NCBI RefSeq assembly: GCF_022045235.1
Contig: NW_027266308.1
Location: forward strand, 54,746,001 to 54,810,000
DNA length: 64,000 nucleotides
Direction: 5' to 3'
Origin: Haliotis cracherodii
Lineage: Eukaryota
Below are positions 25,385 through 38,630 of this stretch, in pieces. Under the pieces are notes generated by a model. That model was not told the DNA's origin. It worked only from the letters and a program-made list of their open reading frames with translations, and made no database searches. The position numbers and the translations under genes were made by a program. Within the stretch, counting starts at the first letter, position 1. Every line of letters begins with the position of its first letter.

Positions 25385-25922
25385 TACTCTGTAACAGTGA
25401 GGATGTAGTCTGTAACAGAGAGGATTTACTCTGTAATGGGAAGGATTTACTCTGTAACAGAGAGGATTTACTCTGTAATGGGAAGGACGTACTCTGTAAA
25501 GGAGAAGATTTACTCTTTAACTAGAAAGATATACTTTGTAATGGGGAGGATTTATTTTGTAACCGGGAGGATTTACTCAGTAACGGGAAGAATTTACTCT
25601 GTAACGGAGATGGTTTACCATTTTTTGGGGAGGGTTTTCTCTGTAACAGATATGATTTACTCTGAAATGGTGAGAATTTACTTTGTAATGGGGAGGATTT
25701 ACTCAGTAACGGAGTGGATTTGCTCTGCAACGGGGAGAATTTACTCTGTTACTAGGAGTGTTTACTCTTTAACGGAGAGGTTGTATTCTGTAACGGATAT
25801 AATTTTCTCTATAAAGGATAGAATTTACTCTGTAACGAGGAGGATTTACTCTTTAACGGAGAGAATGTATTCTGTAACAGGAAGAATTTCCCCGTAACGA
25901 GGAGGATTTACTCTGTAACAGT
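25385..25922. repeat. 21-bp minisatellite (ACTCTGTAACGGAGAGGATTT)
   Basis: About 25 degenerate copies. Confidence 0.9.
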
Positions 25923-26030
25923 GAGCTGTTCATAATATCCGAATATTGGTTTTCACATAAACTGGCAACATTGGTACACGTGGGTTAATGATACCCGATG
26001 GTGTGTTATGACAGCAGTTGGCATGTGAGT

Positions 26031-26062
<32 letters not shown>

Positions 26063-26305
26063 ATAGTGCAATGGTTGTCTCCCTTCACCAAGTGTAGGCG
26101 TCACCAGACCTACACCCAATTAAGCTTAAACCTAACGCCAATCAACGACCAGTACAGACTGATTATTGTAGTGGCATTTTAGTAGCAGATGATACAAGAC
26201 AAGGCAGATATAAAATTAGTTTAATAGACAGATATACATCAGCGTATGATACGCCTTCGTTTCATCGACGTGCTGGCTACAGCGTGCCCTTGACCCTGTT
26301 CTGGT

Positions 26306-28221
26306 CTAGGCATGTTCAGGTGTACTTGCTGCTTCAGAGTGCGCTTCTGGCATGTCGGCAGCTTCTTCATCGTGATCGTTGTGGATGCGGTCGAGGTCGA
26401 CGGAGAGGAGGATCCCAGCGACCACGAAGACGATTGCGGCACTAAGAGTGATCCCCCAGGAGAACCCCAGATAGAAGACGGCGAAATAGATCTCGCCTCT
26501 GATCCAGTAGACAAACACACCGCACAACAGCAAGGCAGCTAAAATATTAATAAAAATATTCAGCACGTTTTCTTGAGAATGCCATTCATATTGGTAGTCT
26601 TATTGTATTCCTGTATAAGCTCACAAAAATGTTACCTTTGCTCGAAGGGCTATCTATCGACATTTTTCGGTTATGAAAAAATATTCAAAGTTCGTCAGAT
26701 AGTGAGGTGTTTATAACTGGGACCGTTCATTAAAACAACATTTTATCAGGGTTTTTTATTGTTCTCGTTATGTCTATTTCGACAATAATTGCTACTACCT
26801 GGTGCAAAGGCGTGAACGATGGCTGCAATCCGGATTGCCTTTTTGTGTGCACATGCGACGTCAAACATGATGATGAACGATAGTATGACTCCGGCCAGAC
26901 CAAGGATCAAGCCAATCGTTACAAGTGCTTGCACGGCCACAAACCAGACTTGATCTGTAACATATAGGGAATAATTATATAATCACATGGTGTGTGCCTT
27001 GTCCAATATAACTAAATGGACCAGACTTGATCTGTGATATACAGAGAATAGTTATGCAATCACACGGTGTGTGCCTTCCCCAATAGAACTAAATGGACCA
27101 GACTTGATCTGTGATATACAGAGAATAGTTATGCAATCACATGGTGTGTGCCTTCCCCAATAGAACTATATAAACAGGTTTAATCTGTAACATACTGGGA
27201 ATAATTATAAAAAACACATGGTATGTGCCTTGTCCAATAGAACTATAAAAACAGGTTTAGTCTGTAACATACTAGGAATAATTTTTAAAAAAACACATGG
27301 TGTGTTCCTTCCCCAATAGAATCTTAATGTATGTAAACAAGCCTTTCTACGAGTGAGTGAGTGAGTTGGGTTTAACGCCGCTTTTAACAGTATTCCAGTT
27401 ATATCGCGGCGTGTCAGCTTAATGTGGGAGGAAAACCCGAAGTGATGCAGGTCTCAGACGTTTACCACTTCGGTGAAGCCCACGAGCACGGGTATGGTGC
27501 TGACAAACCTAGAAACATAATCGGGGCAAACCAGGATTCGAACCCACAATCATAGGTTTCTGGTACAAGAATACTGTAACCCTGATCAAACAAGGGAATT
27601 GTATCGGACATCATTTTGGTCACTGATGCATCAAATCCAGAAATATCATCTACACGTCTTCCATTAGAGAGTGAGTGAGTATGGTTTCGAACCCCACAGC
27701 CCCGTCTTCCCATAAACCGTTTTGAAAGCTTTACACATGCCTTGTTGTAATCCTGATCAAACACGTCGTATGAACTTTGTAAGTTAATGGAGTTCGCGTT
27801 AACGAGGTTTCAGTATCAGGATTAAAAATACGGTTATTTCTGTCAACGCTGAGTTAACCGAATCCTTTCTACGTCCAAGTAAGTTGTCATCCATGAACCC
27901 TAGTTTTCATTATGTTACAAGGAGGTTAATGTTATCATATTCATACACGTGAATAAGAACATTGTTCACTTTTACTTTCGTTTATTTAAATCGTAATTTT
28001 GGAACATTCCAGGTTTTAGACATACCTCCAAGCGGATCATCGAGGGTTGAGACACATAGGCTCCCGGTGCACCTCTCCCAGAGTCCTTCGTTCTGACCTC
28101 CTCTAGTACTCCATAGTGGCGTCCCGAACCCCAGCAGGAGGAGGACAAAAGCAAAGAGAAACAAGAAAGCTGATACCTTGACGAAGACCGAAGTCTTACC
28201 ACAACACCCTGCGTGTGTCAT
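26306..28221 (-). CDS. PMP22/EMP/claudin-superfamily tetraspan protein, paralogue 3 (3 exons, 194 aa)
   Basis: Exons 28221-28026, 26954-26799 and 26538-26306, phase 1/1, GT-AG. Contains FGTPLWS...EGLWERCTGSLC. Intron positions match paralogues 1 and 2. Confidence 0.9.
26943..27322. repeat. 77-bp tandem repeat containing the exon 2 acceptor of paralogue 3
   Basis: ACCAGACTTGATCTG at 26943, 27020 and 27097, plus two more diverged units. Confidence 0.9.
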
Positions 28222-28274
28222 CTTGGACGTCTCCGGGGAGTAATTCTATATCCGATTCTTCAACAAATTCGGCA

Positions 28275-28357
28275 TAGTTATATACCATTTCATAGAAGAA
28301 TACTGCGGTTTCATTGGTCGCAAGATAATTAATATGCAAATAAACTGGTCACGTGAT
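28275..28357 (-). promoter_or_regulatory. Putative core promoter of paralogue 3
   Basis: Minus strand has TATATAA about 60 nt upstream of the ATG and CCAAT about 30 nt further up, followed by an octamer ATGCAAAT and an E-box CACGTG. Motif-only evidence. Confidence 0.35.
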
Positions 28358-28676
28358 AAAATATGTTATGATGCTTGTGTTTTACACGTGCTTAGGGTAA
28401 GAATACTGTTTTAGTGTCTGTGCAGCATGTACACATATTTGTGGCACGCCCATAGTTCGACGGATGTAGGTGACTGTAGCGTCTGAATACTGATGTTGTC
28501 ACGCTCAATGTAGTCACATTGTAAACGAAATAGTGTTAATTAGGAGCTTATTTATTTATCATGAATTCAATTTAAATCAAAACGTATGTGACATGAAGAC
28601 TCGTGTAGGTTAATATATATATATGGTTTTGCTTTAACCATTCACAGGTGTATTAACAGTATTCATTGTGTAGAGG

Positions 28677-28955
28677 TAGCACGGGTGGCCCAGTCGTCTA
28701 AGGCGCCGCGATTCGCTGTGCACAGTTGCGTCCCTTGGGCATGCCAGAAACTATGATTGTGGGTTCGAATCCCGTTTGGCCCCGATTATGTTTCTAGGAT
28801 TGTCAGCACCAAACCCGTGCTCGTGGGTTTCACCGAAGTGGTAAACGTCTGAGACCTGCATCACTTCGGGCTTTCCTCCCACATTAAGCTGACACGCCGT
28901 GATATAACTGGAGTACTGTTAAAAGCGGCGTTAAACCCAACTCACTCACTCACTG
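28677..28955 (+). mobile_element. SINE family A
   Basis: Full length, TSD TGTGTAGAGGTAGC. Confidence 0.9.
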
Positions 28956-29697
28956 TGTAGAGGTAGCCCTAAACAGATGTACATAATTATTATAATCAAC
29001 AACAACATCGATACTTTGACAATGAGTCAGAGTAAATGTTGTTTGACGACGCAGCCAGTAATTTTGCATCAGTCCATGCTCGACCCGGCAATACAGTGAC
29101 CTGTTAGGGAGCATGGTGACATACTCGACCACGCTGTACAGACAGTGATTCTAACCACTCACTCCAAATTTTAGGTTCCAGTTAGAGCAGGTCTGATGTA
29201 AGCTATATAAGAGTGACGGGCGAGTAAACTGGATCTGGTGGTCAGGTTTGGTGACGAAGTTGATTACATGACTGTCAAACTGTTATCCATATTGAACATC
29301 GATATCGTTATCCGTGTTTTCAGAAGTCAAGAGCGCATCTTCCAGACGGCTTTCCTTCATATTTCCGACTGGACGCGAATGATACTATGTTCTTAGACAT
29401 ACATTCTGTTTAAAAATCAGAGGGCGCTTTATTAGTTTTCGAGCATGTATGTACAGAAAATGGGCAGTTTCATGTTGCTTTGTTGGTAAAAACGTAGATT
29501 CAGTATAGCGAGTTACAACCAGCCGTTATCGTGCGTGTACTAAACTGACTTCAAAAACAGAACATGCGTGATTTGGTTGCATGTGTGACTATGAGATGAC
29601 CATATCATATCTTTTGTTTGCTGTTTTAACGTCGCACTCAGCAATATTCCAGCTATTTGACGGCGGTCTGTAAATAATCGAGTCTGGACCAGCCAAT

Positions 29698-30410
29698 CCA
29701 TGCATCGTGCAACTGTGGCGTGCATCCCTGTCCCGGCTCTCGCCCATGCATCGTGCAACTGTGGCGTGCATCCCTGTCCCGGCTCTCTCCCATGCATCGT
29801 GCATCTCTGGCGTGCATCCCTGTCCCGACTCTCTCCCATGCATCGTTCATCTGTGGCGTGCATCCCTGTCCCGACTCTCTCCCATGCATCGTGCATCTGT
29901 GGCGTGCATCCCTGTCCCGACTCTCTCCCATGCATCGTGCATCTGTGGCGTGCATCCCTGTCCCGGCTCTCTCCCATGCATCGTGCATCTGTGGCGTGCA
30001 TCCCTGTCCTGGCTCTCTCCCATGCATCGTGCATCTGTGGCGTGCATCCCTGTCCCGACTCTCTCCCATGCATCGTGCATCTGTGGCGTGCATCCCTGTC
30101 CCGACTCTCTCTCATGCATCGTGCATCTGTGGCGTGCATCCCTGTCCCGACTCTCTCCCATGCATCGTGCATCTGTGGCGTGCATCCCTGTCCTGGCTCT
30201 CTCCCATGCATCGTGCATCTGTGGCGTGCATTCCTGACCCGACTCTCTCCCATGCATCGTGCATCTGTGGCGTGCATCACTGTCCTGGCTCCCTCCCATG
30301 CATCGTGCATCTCTGGCGTGCATCCCTGTCCCGACTCTCTCCCATGCATCTTGCATCTGTGGCGTGCATATACCTGTCCCGACTCTCTCCCATGCATCGT
30401 GCATCAGTGG
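29698..30410. repeat. GC-rich ~46-bp minisatellite
   Basis: Unit CCATGCATCGTGCATCTGTGGCGTGCATCCCTGTCCCGACTCTCTC, about 15 copies, starting at a truncated family B SINE. Confidence 0.95.
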
Positions 30411-30879
30411 TGCGCTCTTTGAAATCTGTGTGGAAAGAGCCTGCTCGATTGTGCCTCAAAAGTTTTTAAATGTAAACACATAGACTGGTGCTGCTGGGGT
30501 ATTGTTCGACATAAAGGGACAGTTGACTATTATTGTTAATCTGTGCTCCGATCTAAATATATAAAAGATGAGACCTCATTGGTGTCCTATATTTCCTGTT
30601 CAGATGGGTAAATCAAGGGAAGGGAATTGTTTATGTGATGGTCATTGAACGAATTAAAAAAAAATCTTAAATAACTCTGAGGATGACCAATTCCTAAATT
30701 ACACACAAGATAACAAATTACATAATCACCCAGAGGATTAAACTATCGCCAGTCACAACAGAGGACCACTAAAGCTTATGTTAAAAATAACAAGGATAAC
30801 AGATTCCTAAATTATCCACATAACAATTTTTGTTTAAAATAACAAGCAACGTCGTCAACAAACGAGAGGTTTACAAATT

Positions 30880-31358
30880 CCATATTCACCCAGCAGAACA
30901 CTTTGCTCAATCACCAAGAGAATAACAAACAAATGATTCAGTCACCAAGAGGAAAACAAACACATTCCTTAATCACTAAGAGGATAACAATTTCTTAAAT
31001 TACCAAAAGGCTAACAAACATGCTCCTCATCAAACACCCAGAGGATAATAAACAAATTCTTATATCACCCAGAGGATAATAAATAAATTCTTCAATCACC
31101 CTGAGAATAACAAACACATTCTTCAATCACCCTGAGAATAACAAACACATTCTTCAGTCACCCAGAGAATAACAAACACATTCTTCAATCACCCAGAGGA
31201 TAACAAACACATTCCCCAATCACCAAGAGGATAACAAACATATTCCCCAATCACCAAGAGGATAACAAACACATTTCTCAATCACCAAGAGGATAACAAA
31301 CATATTCCTCAATCACAAGAAGGATAAAAACACATTCCTTAATCACCAATAGGATAAG
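30880..31358. repeat. ~31-bp minisatellite (AATCACCAAGAGGATAACAAACACATTC..)
   Basis: Directly visible and degenerating leftwards. Confidence 0.85.
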
Positions 31359-31870
31359 CACTGCAATAGCCAGGGGTAAAACCATCTCCATCACCCATCT
31401 CTATGCAGAATTGCTTCCCTTGAGCATGACGGGAACATATGATTGTGGGTTCGAACCCCGGTGGCCCACTATTATGTTTCTAACAAGCACATACCCGTGT
31501 TCTTGGGTTTCTCCAATATGACAAACGTCCCTGACCTGAATCACTTCGGATTTCCCTTCCACATTCAGTTGACACCGTGCTATAACTGGAATGCTGTTCA
31601 AAGCGGCGTTAAACAGACCCCACTCACTCGTCAACCAAAATGCCCCAGAAGAGAATATAGAGTAACTATTCACCTCTTAGGGATATATATGCGTATAAAG
31701 TGTGTTAAGTGTAATTATAGCTCATATTAGGGAGCTATTAATTTAAGTCAGATAATTTAATTGGATTAAATCCTCGACAAACACCGACAAGTTTTAAATC
31801 ATACGCGGAGATATTGATAGATGTGTTCCGGATATATAAACCTAAAGCAATAATGCTATATCGAGATATA

Positions 31871-32046
31871 CAGTAAACTACGGTTATAACGAACTCAGGG
31901 GGACTACTAATTTTAGTTCGTTATAACCGTAGTTCGTTTTAAGCATATATACAGCATAACTACAGCAAATAGTCGGGACCAAAAAAGGAAGATCGTTATA
32001 TCCGTCAGTTCGTTATAAGCATGTTCGTTATAACCGTAGTTTACTG
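31871..32046. mobile_element. Tc1/mariner-pogo-type MITE (same family)
   Basis: TIR CAGTAAACTACGGTTATAACGAAC, TA TSD. Confidence 0.9.
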
Positions 32047-33630
32047 TACATTAATCTAAACTAATATATAACGGGGCAGGATATTGTCACAACAATGAAC
32101 AGCCATTAGCTTCGACGTAAAGTTTATGAATGAATAAAAAAAGTTAATTATTAAAATCAATTTGTTGCTTTAAATTTAAACATTAAAACGTATACGTCAT
32201 AACAACAAGAACTGGAAGCATGTCATCTTATCATGAACGGTTCTATCGTAATGAACGAATGGGGCCATGCTAATGTTTTAGACCACTGACATGAAACATC
32301 TACCCGTCTAATATCAGGTAGCATTTGGCGGTGTTATTATTAGATCTTAACGAGGGGGGAATGAAGATCTAAATAATGCTGACTATTCCTCTTCATTGAT
32401 TCAATTCGGCTTCGCCCTATCATTTCCCGTTCCCGAGAATACAAACCGAAAGTTGCTTCCCTTAGACTGTCGTGTCATGTCTAAATTTAGACCATTCATA
32501 TAAGCGTTTCACATTCTCACGACAGTCAGATCAATTGGCCTGTTTGAAGGAGGTAGGTGGTTGTCTAGCCATGATCTTGAAACAAACTTAGCCTTCATAA
32601 TGTGTAGTGTTGTCGCACAGTATGACGCTGATCTTGCAGGGTTACCTGCATATATATTTAAATAGAAGTACTCGGACGAAGCAGGAAGTTTGTCACATAA
32701 TAAGTCACATATATTCAATAATTACACTGTACTTGGTGAGAATTATGTTATAGCATATGTAACAGGTCGATGTTTATGCTATGTCCAATGTGAACCATTT
32801 ATGTGGTAACTGGTACGGATATCTGCATCGTTCCCTGTATTGTGGACATATGCTTGTCAGCTCATGATATACAGAGATACATGTTAAGGTGACGTCATTT
32901 GATCGCTGGTGCATTGTGTGCAGATATTCTTGTAGTGTTGTGTCATTGCGATCTATGATAACACGGTTAGGTAATCTTTGTTACACATTCTTGTATCACG
33001 TGACTAACTATGACCTATGACCCTCCACTACTGGTCACGACTATGTATATTGCTTTAATGGCTTCATCTGTTGCGCTATGGAAACCTCTTCCGGACATGA
33101 ACGTATGTGACTAATATTTCACAAATTCATGTGTTCATGAATGTGTTTCATACACACCAAGACACATTAGGTTGAAATTGTACACAATGAGAGAGAGAGA
33201 AAGAGAGGAGTGGGCTGACAAAACGATAGTTGCTTATCTGTGACTATCTATCGTGTCACGTTTAAATTTAGAAAAAAAAGGTTATCGATCAAATTACGCG
33301 TTACCCAATCTTACGACAGTGAGTGTAATCGGCCTGTTTGAAGGATTCTGAATGCGAGAGTGTGGAAACTGACTGTCCATATTCTGAATGCAAGAGTAGG
33401 TACTGTACTGTGTGGCCGAGTGGTACGAACCTTGAACCTTATGGACGAAGTACTTTGTGTTACGGTTGCGGTTGCGGGTCGAGATCTTTTTGACAGTTCT
33501 CCTCTGTATCCTGATATTAATTATAAGCGTTTTGTTTGTTTGGGGGGGTCGAAAAGGTAGTATAAGGTAGTAAAATATATATGTTAAACCTCCTTGGTTA
33601 AACTTGCAATCGTGTTGTGGTATGGATTTG

Positions 33631-33790
33631 GAGTGAGTGAGTGAGTATGGTTTTACTCCGCTTTTAGCAATATTGCAGCAATATCACGGGGGGGGGGCAC
33701 CAGAAATGGGCTTCACACATTGTACCCATGTCGGGAATCGAACCCGGGTCTTCGGCGTGACGAGCGAACGCTTTAACCACTAGGCTATCC
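33631..33790 (-). mobile_element. SINE family C
   Basis: TSD ATGGATTTGGA. Confidence 0.85.
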
Positions 33791-33844
33791 GATGGATTTG
33801 GACAACAACTTTAATGATAATCGAGGAGAAGAAGAAGAAGGTGC

Positions 33845-34190
33845 CAAGTTGTCCGACTCCCCATTGTTCTCGGTCCCTTAGGTTTGGTACCTCCCAATCT
33901 GTTGACTGGGAGAGTACCCGGGTTTACTGCCAGGAATACAGCCCTTCTGACAATCTGGGTAATGCAGAAGGCAGTGTTGTCACATTCACCGAAAAGTTCT
34001 GGGTGGGTGTGACAAGAGAGCGCTTCATGGGAGAAGTCCCATTCTCTGTCTGGGCTGCGTGTAGAGGGGGCAAGGTCCCTGAGCTGGTGATGAGCCTAAC
34101 CAGCCTGACTTTGTCAGGATCACCCAAACCCCCTTTTGCTGCCTTTTTTAATTTTTAATCTATAAATAATGATAATAAAGGTAATTGTAG
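33845..34190 (+). mobile_element. 3' end of an R4/Dong-like (restriction-like endonuclease) LINE
   Basis: Reads VVRLPIVLGPLGLVP...MQKAVL, then a 3' UTR homologous to 46340-46480 (-). Flanked by (GAA)n and (GAT)n. Confidence 0.7.
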
Positions 34191-34518
34191 TGTTAAAGTA
34201 ATGATGATGATGATGATGGTGGTGTTGATGATGATGATGATGATGATTCTTTCATAAGGGGGGGGGGGGGGGGGGGGACCGATGATTGTGGGTTTCCAAT
34301 CCCGGTTCGCCCCGATTATGTTTCTAGGTTTGTCAGCACCATACCCGTGCTCGTGGGTTTCACCGAAGTGGTAAACGTCAGAGACATGCATCACTTCGGG
34401 CTTTCCTCCCACATTAAGCTGACACGCCGTGATATGACTGGAATACTGTTAAAAGCGGCGTTAAACCCAACTCACTCACTCACTCACTCACTCTTTCACA
34501 AGGGTAACTGCGGTCAAC

Positions 34519-37500
34519 ATGGATATCGGAACACGGGTACTACGTGGCCCTGATTGGTCAGGAGGTGACAGTGACGGAGGTGAAGGTCACCTCGGGACTG
34601 TTGTCAGTGTAGGAGGCGAGCCAACCTGCGAAGTGCTATGGGACAATGGAAACAGTGGTACATATCGCTATGGAACACATGGGAAACACGACTTGCTTGT
34701 GTTCGACACTGGGCCCACAGGTGAGATAATGGTTGCACCACATGTGTCATCTAATATATCATTCCAAAGTATGTTTTAATTATTTTCCCTGTGAATTGAA
34801 TCTAGTCTAATAGGGATACTGTGGCTATATATGTATGTGTATGCAAACGCGTGTAAGATTTAAAGCATATGTTTTGAATCAAGCATTTGAAAGGCATTTA
34901 GAAGTGATACACATGAGGAAGAGAAGTTATGGATGTCAACTTCTTTATAATGAGGAACACAACGTTTCGGAGTATTTGCTTACTCCTTCATCAGTTGAAT
35001 GAATGATATGAGGCAGAAAGCATATATATGTACATGTAAGAACAACAAAAGCCTCATGGCATTCATTCACCTGATGAAGGAGTAAGCATATACTCCGAAG
35101 CGTTGTCTTCCTCATAGCAAAGAAGTTGACGTCCATAAATTATCTTCCTTACATGTTTTGAAGGTTGAAATATTTATTGTGGTCAACATGCTTTCCTTCA
35201 TATATAGAACTGAATAAAAAGAAACTATCGTATTTGTCATCACATCTGCAAAAGATTAGTTTTCATATAAAAAAGCGAAAAATTGAAATACTCATTAGAC
35301 CCAAAATTAAAAGAATGTAACAACTTCCTCTATCTTATTTTATGTGGTGTAAAGAGGAAATATATGTCCCATGGCTATATTGTCGGTTTTGCTTTTCACG
35401 TACTTTCCAGGACTTCAACATACTGGAATTCTTTGTAACGGATGTGACGTATTCGGAATAGCAGGAACACGCTGGGCGTGCAGCACGTGCAAAACGTGCA
35501 ACCTGTGCAGTGTGTGCTATGGGAACGCTGAACATGATATCGCTCATGACTTCGTCAGATATGACACGCCGGGATGCGAAGGGTAATATTCTTTAACTAG
35601 TCGCACATTTTTGTTTTTACATATCCAACTTCCTAATGACCGCAATATATATTATGAAGATAATCTAGTTACAAGTACCTCGAACCTATCGTAGGTAATG
35701 AGTGAGTGAGTGAGTGAGTGAGTATGGTTTTACGCCGCTTTTAGCAATATTCAAGCAATATCACGGCGGGGGACACCAGAAATGGGCTTCACACATTGTA
35801 CCCATGTCGGTCGTATGTAATGAGGTTGTTTACGATGTGGTGTAAAGTTAGGTCTGTTTGAAACGGCACGAAGATTTAAGAGACGAGGTTTAGGAGGTCA
35901 TAGTGAGGCCTTTGTGAAACGTGGACCAGGACAAATTGGGACGATCTTCACAAAAGTGTTGTGATATGCTTCATAAGGCCACAACAATATTATTTCCTCT
36001 CACTTGGTTTTATGTTCTAGTGTCAGTGTCCCCCCACGGAGAAAAGGTGTTCGAATACAAGCCATGGGCTTATTCCCGAGAGCAAGGGTTGCGCGGGGAA
36101 TTAACTGGTCATCGAAAGATGAAGATGGTAAACTGCATTTATAAATACTACTGAAAAAGTGAGTGAGTTAGTTGAGGTTAACGCCGCTTTGAACATTATT
36201 CCAGTTATATCACGGCGTGTCAGCTTAATGTGGGAGGAAAGCCCGAAATTCTGCAGGTCTCAGACGTTTACCACTTCGGTGAAACCCACGAGCACGGGTA
36301 TGGTGCTGACAAACTTAGAAACAATCGGGGCGAACCGGGATTCGAACCCACAATCATGGGTATTGGTGTCCCGGATATGACACGCCGGGATGCGAAGGGT
36401 ATATTCTTTAATTAGTTACCCTTTTTTTCTAAATATCCAACTTCCTAATGACCCACAATCATGGGTATTGGCGTGTCCAAGGGACGCAACTCTGCACAGC
36501 GAATCGCGTCGCCTTGGACGAATGGGCCACCTGTGCCCCTACAGAACACTCGCAAGGTTGTGTGTTGCACCAGACATGACAGATCAACTATAGTCATTTG
36601 AAAAAATCGGGTGTTCTTCAACTTCTTTTGAGTAGTACATATCAAAATGATAATTGCTGAAATTACGTGTATCCTTAGTTTGGCACACTTTAGAGTCTTA
36701 CAATCGTGAGTGAGTTACTAGTATTTAAAAAAACCCATTCCTCTGTATACTTTGCGGGAGTTAATTCTTCTTTAAGGTCTTTTTCTGGTCTCTTGGAAAC
36801 AATTCTTCATTTGCAGAGTATGTAGTTTTAAACGCCTTATATCTAAATATTCCGAAAATAAACGACTCAAAACTTGACGGTGGTTTGCTCATACAAATAT
36901 CAAGAGTTGTGTCCCACGAGCCGTGCTTCAATGTATGACCGGATCATATGACCGACATGATACAATTTTGATGTCGCAGGCGGAAAAGACGCTGAAGGTG
37001 AAGTGAAGTGTGTTGAGGACCACCCGAGTGGAACCTCATTTAGGAGCATGGTGAAAGTGGAGTGGAACTGCGGCAACACTGGGTCGTACCGAGCTGGACA
37101 TGAGAGCAAGGTGGAGGTCAAGGCTGTCACAGAGTTTCCAGGGACGTTTTACTACAGGGATCATTTACGATTATTCACCGGGTCCGAAAGTGCAGCAACA
37201 CATGGCGCAAAGAATGGTATAGATATATATTGTTTTATTTGATATAAAAAAACGAGATATCAATACCTGAACTCTAACACATGAAACATATCTAACGCGG
37301 CTTTCAAATGTAGAGGGGGCGGTCGGGTAGCCTAGTGGTTAAAGCGTTCGCTCGTCACGCCGAAGATCAATGTACTGGCTACAATGTGTGAAGCCCATTT
37401 CTGGTGTCCCCCGCCGTGATATTGCTGGAATATTGCTAAAAGCGGCGTAAAACCAAACTCACTCACTCACTCAAATGTAGAGTTGTTATATCGGGTGGTA

Positions 37501-38581
37501 TCAGCTTATTTTGTAGAAACGTCCACATCAATGCACGCACGGACAAAACCGAACCCACAACCAGCGGATCCTGGTACATTTGTAAAATGACGCGGTGATT
37601 GAGACCACTGGGCCACTCGTTCCCGTAGTCAGTGATAATATATCCAACAAAGAGGAAGGGAATTAATATATGTTTTCTGTACGTAGAAAAGTCGCCTCCG
37701 TAGTTCTTATCGCAGAAGGGACGGTGGGGTAGCCCAGTTGTTAGAGGGTTGGCGCGTCTCGCCGAAGTGTTCGATTCCAAAAATGAGACATATTTGATGT
37801 TGTTGGTATAATTCTAATGACGGTGTAAAACTTACTCAGTTTCATCACAGGAATCAGATATTCGTACATAGCCATGTTGTATGGTTTAATATTTCTACCG
37901 ATCCATTCGTATTACAGTAAACTACGTTTATAACGAACACGCTTATAACGAACTGACCGATATAACGAACTTATTTTTTAGTCCCGACCATTTGTTGCAT
38001 AGATGCTGTATATACGCTTATAACAAACTACGGTTATTACGAACTAGTGGCCCCTTTGAGTTCGTTATAACCGTAGTTTACTGTACTAGCACCAACACCT
38101 TTCTTCATTAAGAACAGCCACAGTCTGCCCAACGGTCCCAGCTGTCCCCGGGGGACCGGGTGTGTATCCGTGTGACCGTGGAGGAACTACAACAGCTTCA
38201 ACAGAACATCAGCCATTGGGATCCCCATGTTCTCCAGGTGTTTCAACATCATCCTTATAACCATTTTTCTGTTAGACTAGGGTAACTGTAGCAGACATCC
38301 CATTGATAAACAGTACACCATGTCTATTCATATATTGGCGACCGCCTCCGTGCTCTTGTGGTAGAGCGTCCGCCCGGAGAGCGGAAGGTCCGGGGTTCGA
38401 TCCCCGCCCGCGTCATACCAAGAGACTTTAAAAGATGGTACTTGTTGTTACCATGTCTGGCGCTCGGCATTAAGGGGCTAAAACAAGGACTGGTCGGCTC
38501 GGAGTCAGTATTCTGTGTCTGAGTGGGGTATTCATATAGCTAGTACTATAAATCGGCATCAGTCCGGACAAGTACAAGCAG

Positions 38582-38630
<49 letters not shown>

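Noticed and set aside
29540-30469. Long ORFs of 240-285 aa on both strands
   Set aside because: They are translations of a 46-bp minisatellite that is open in several frames, with no splice or domain support.
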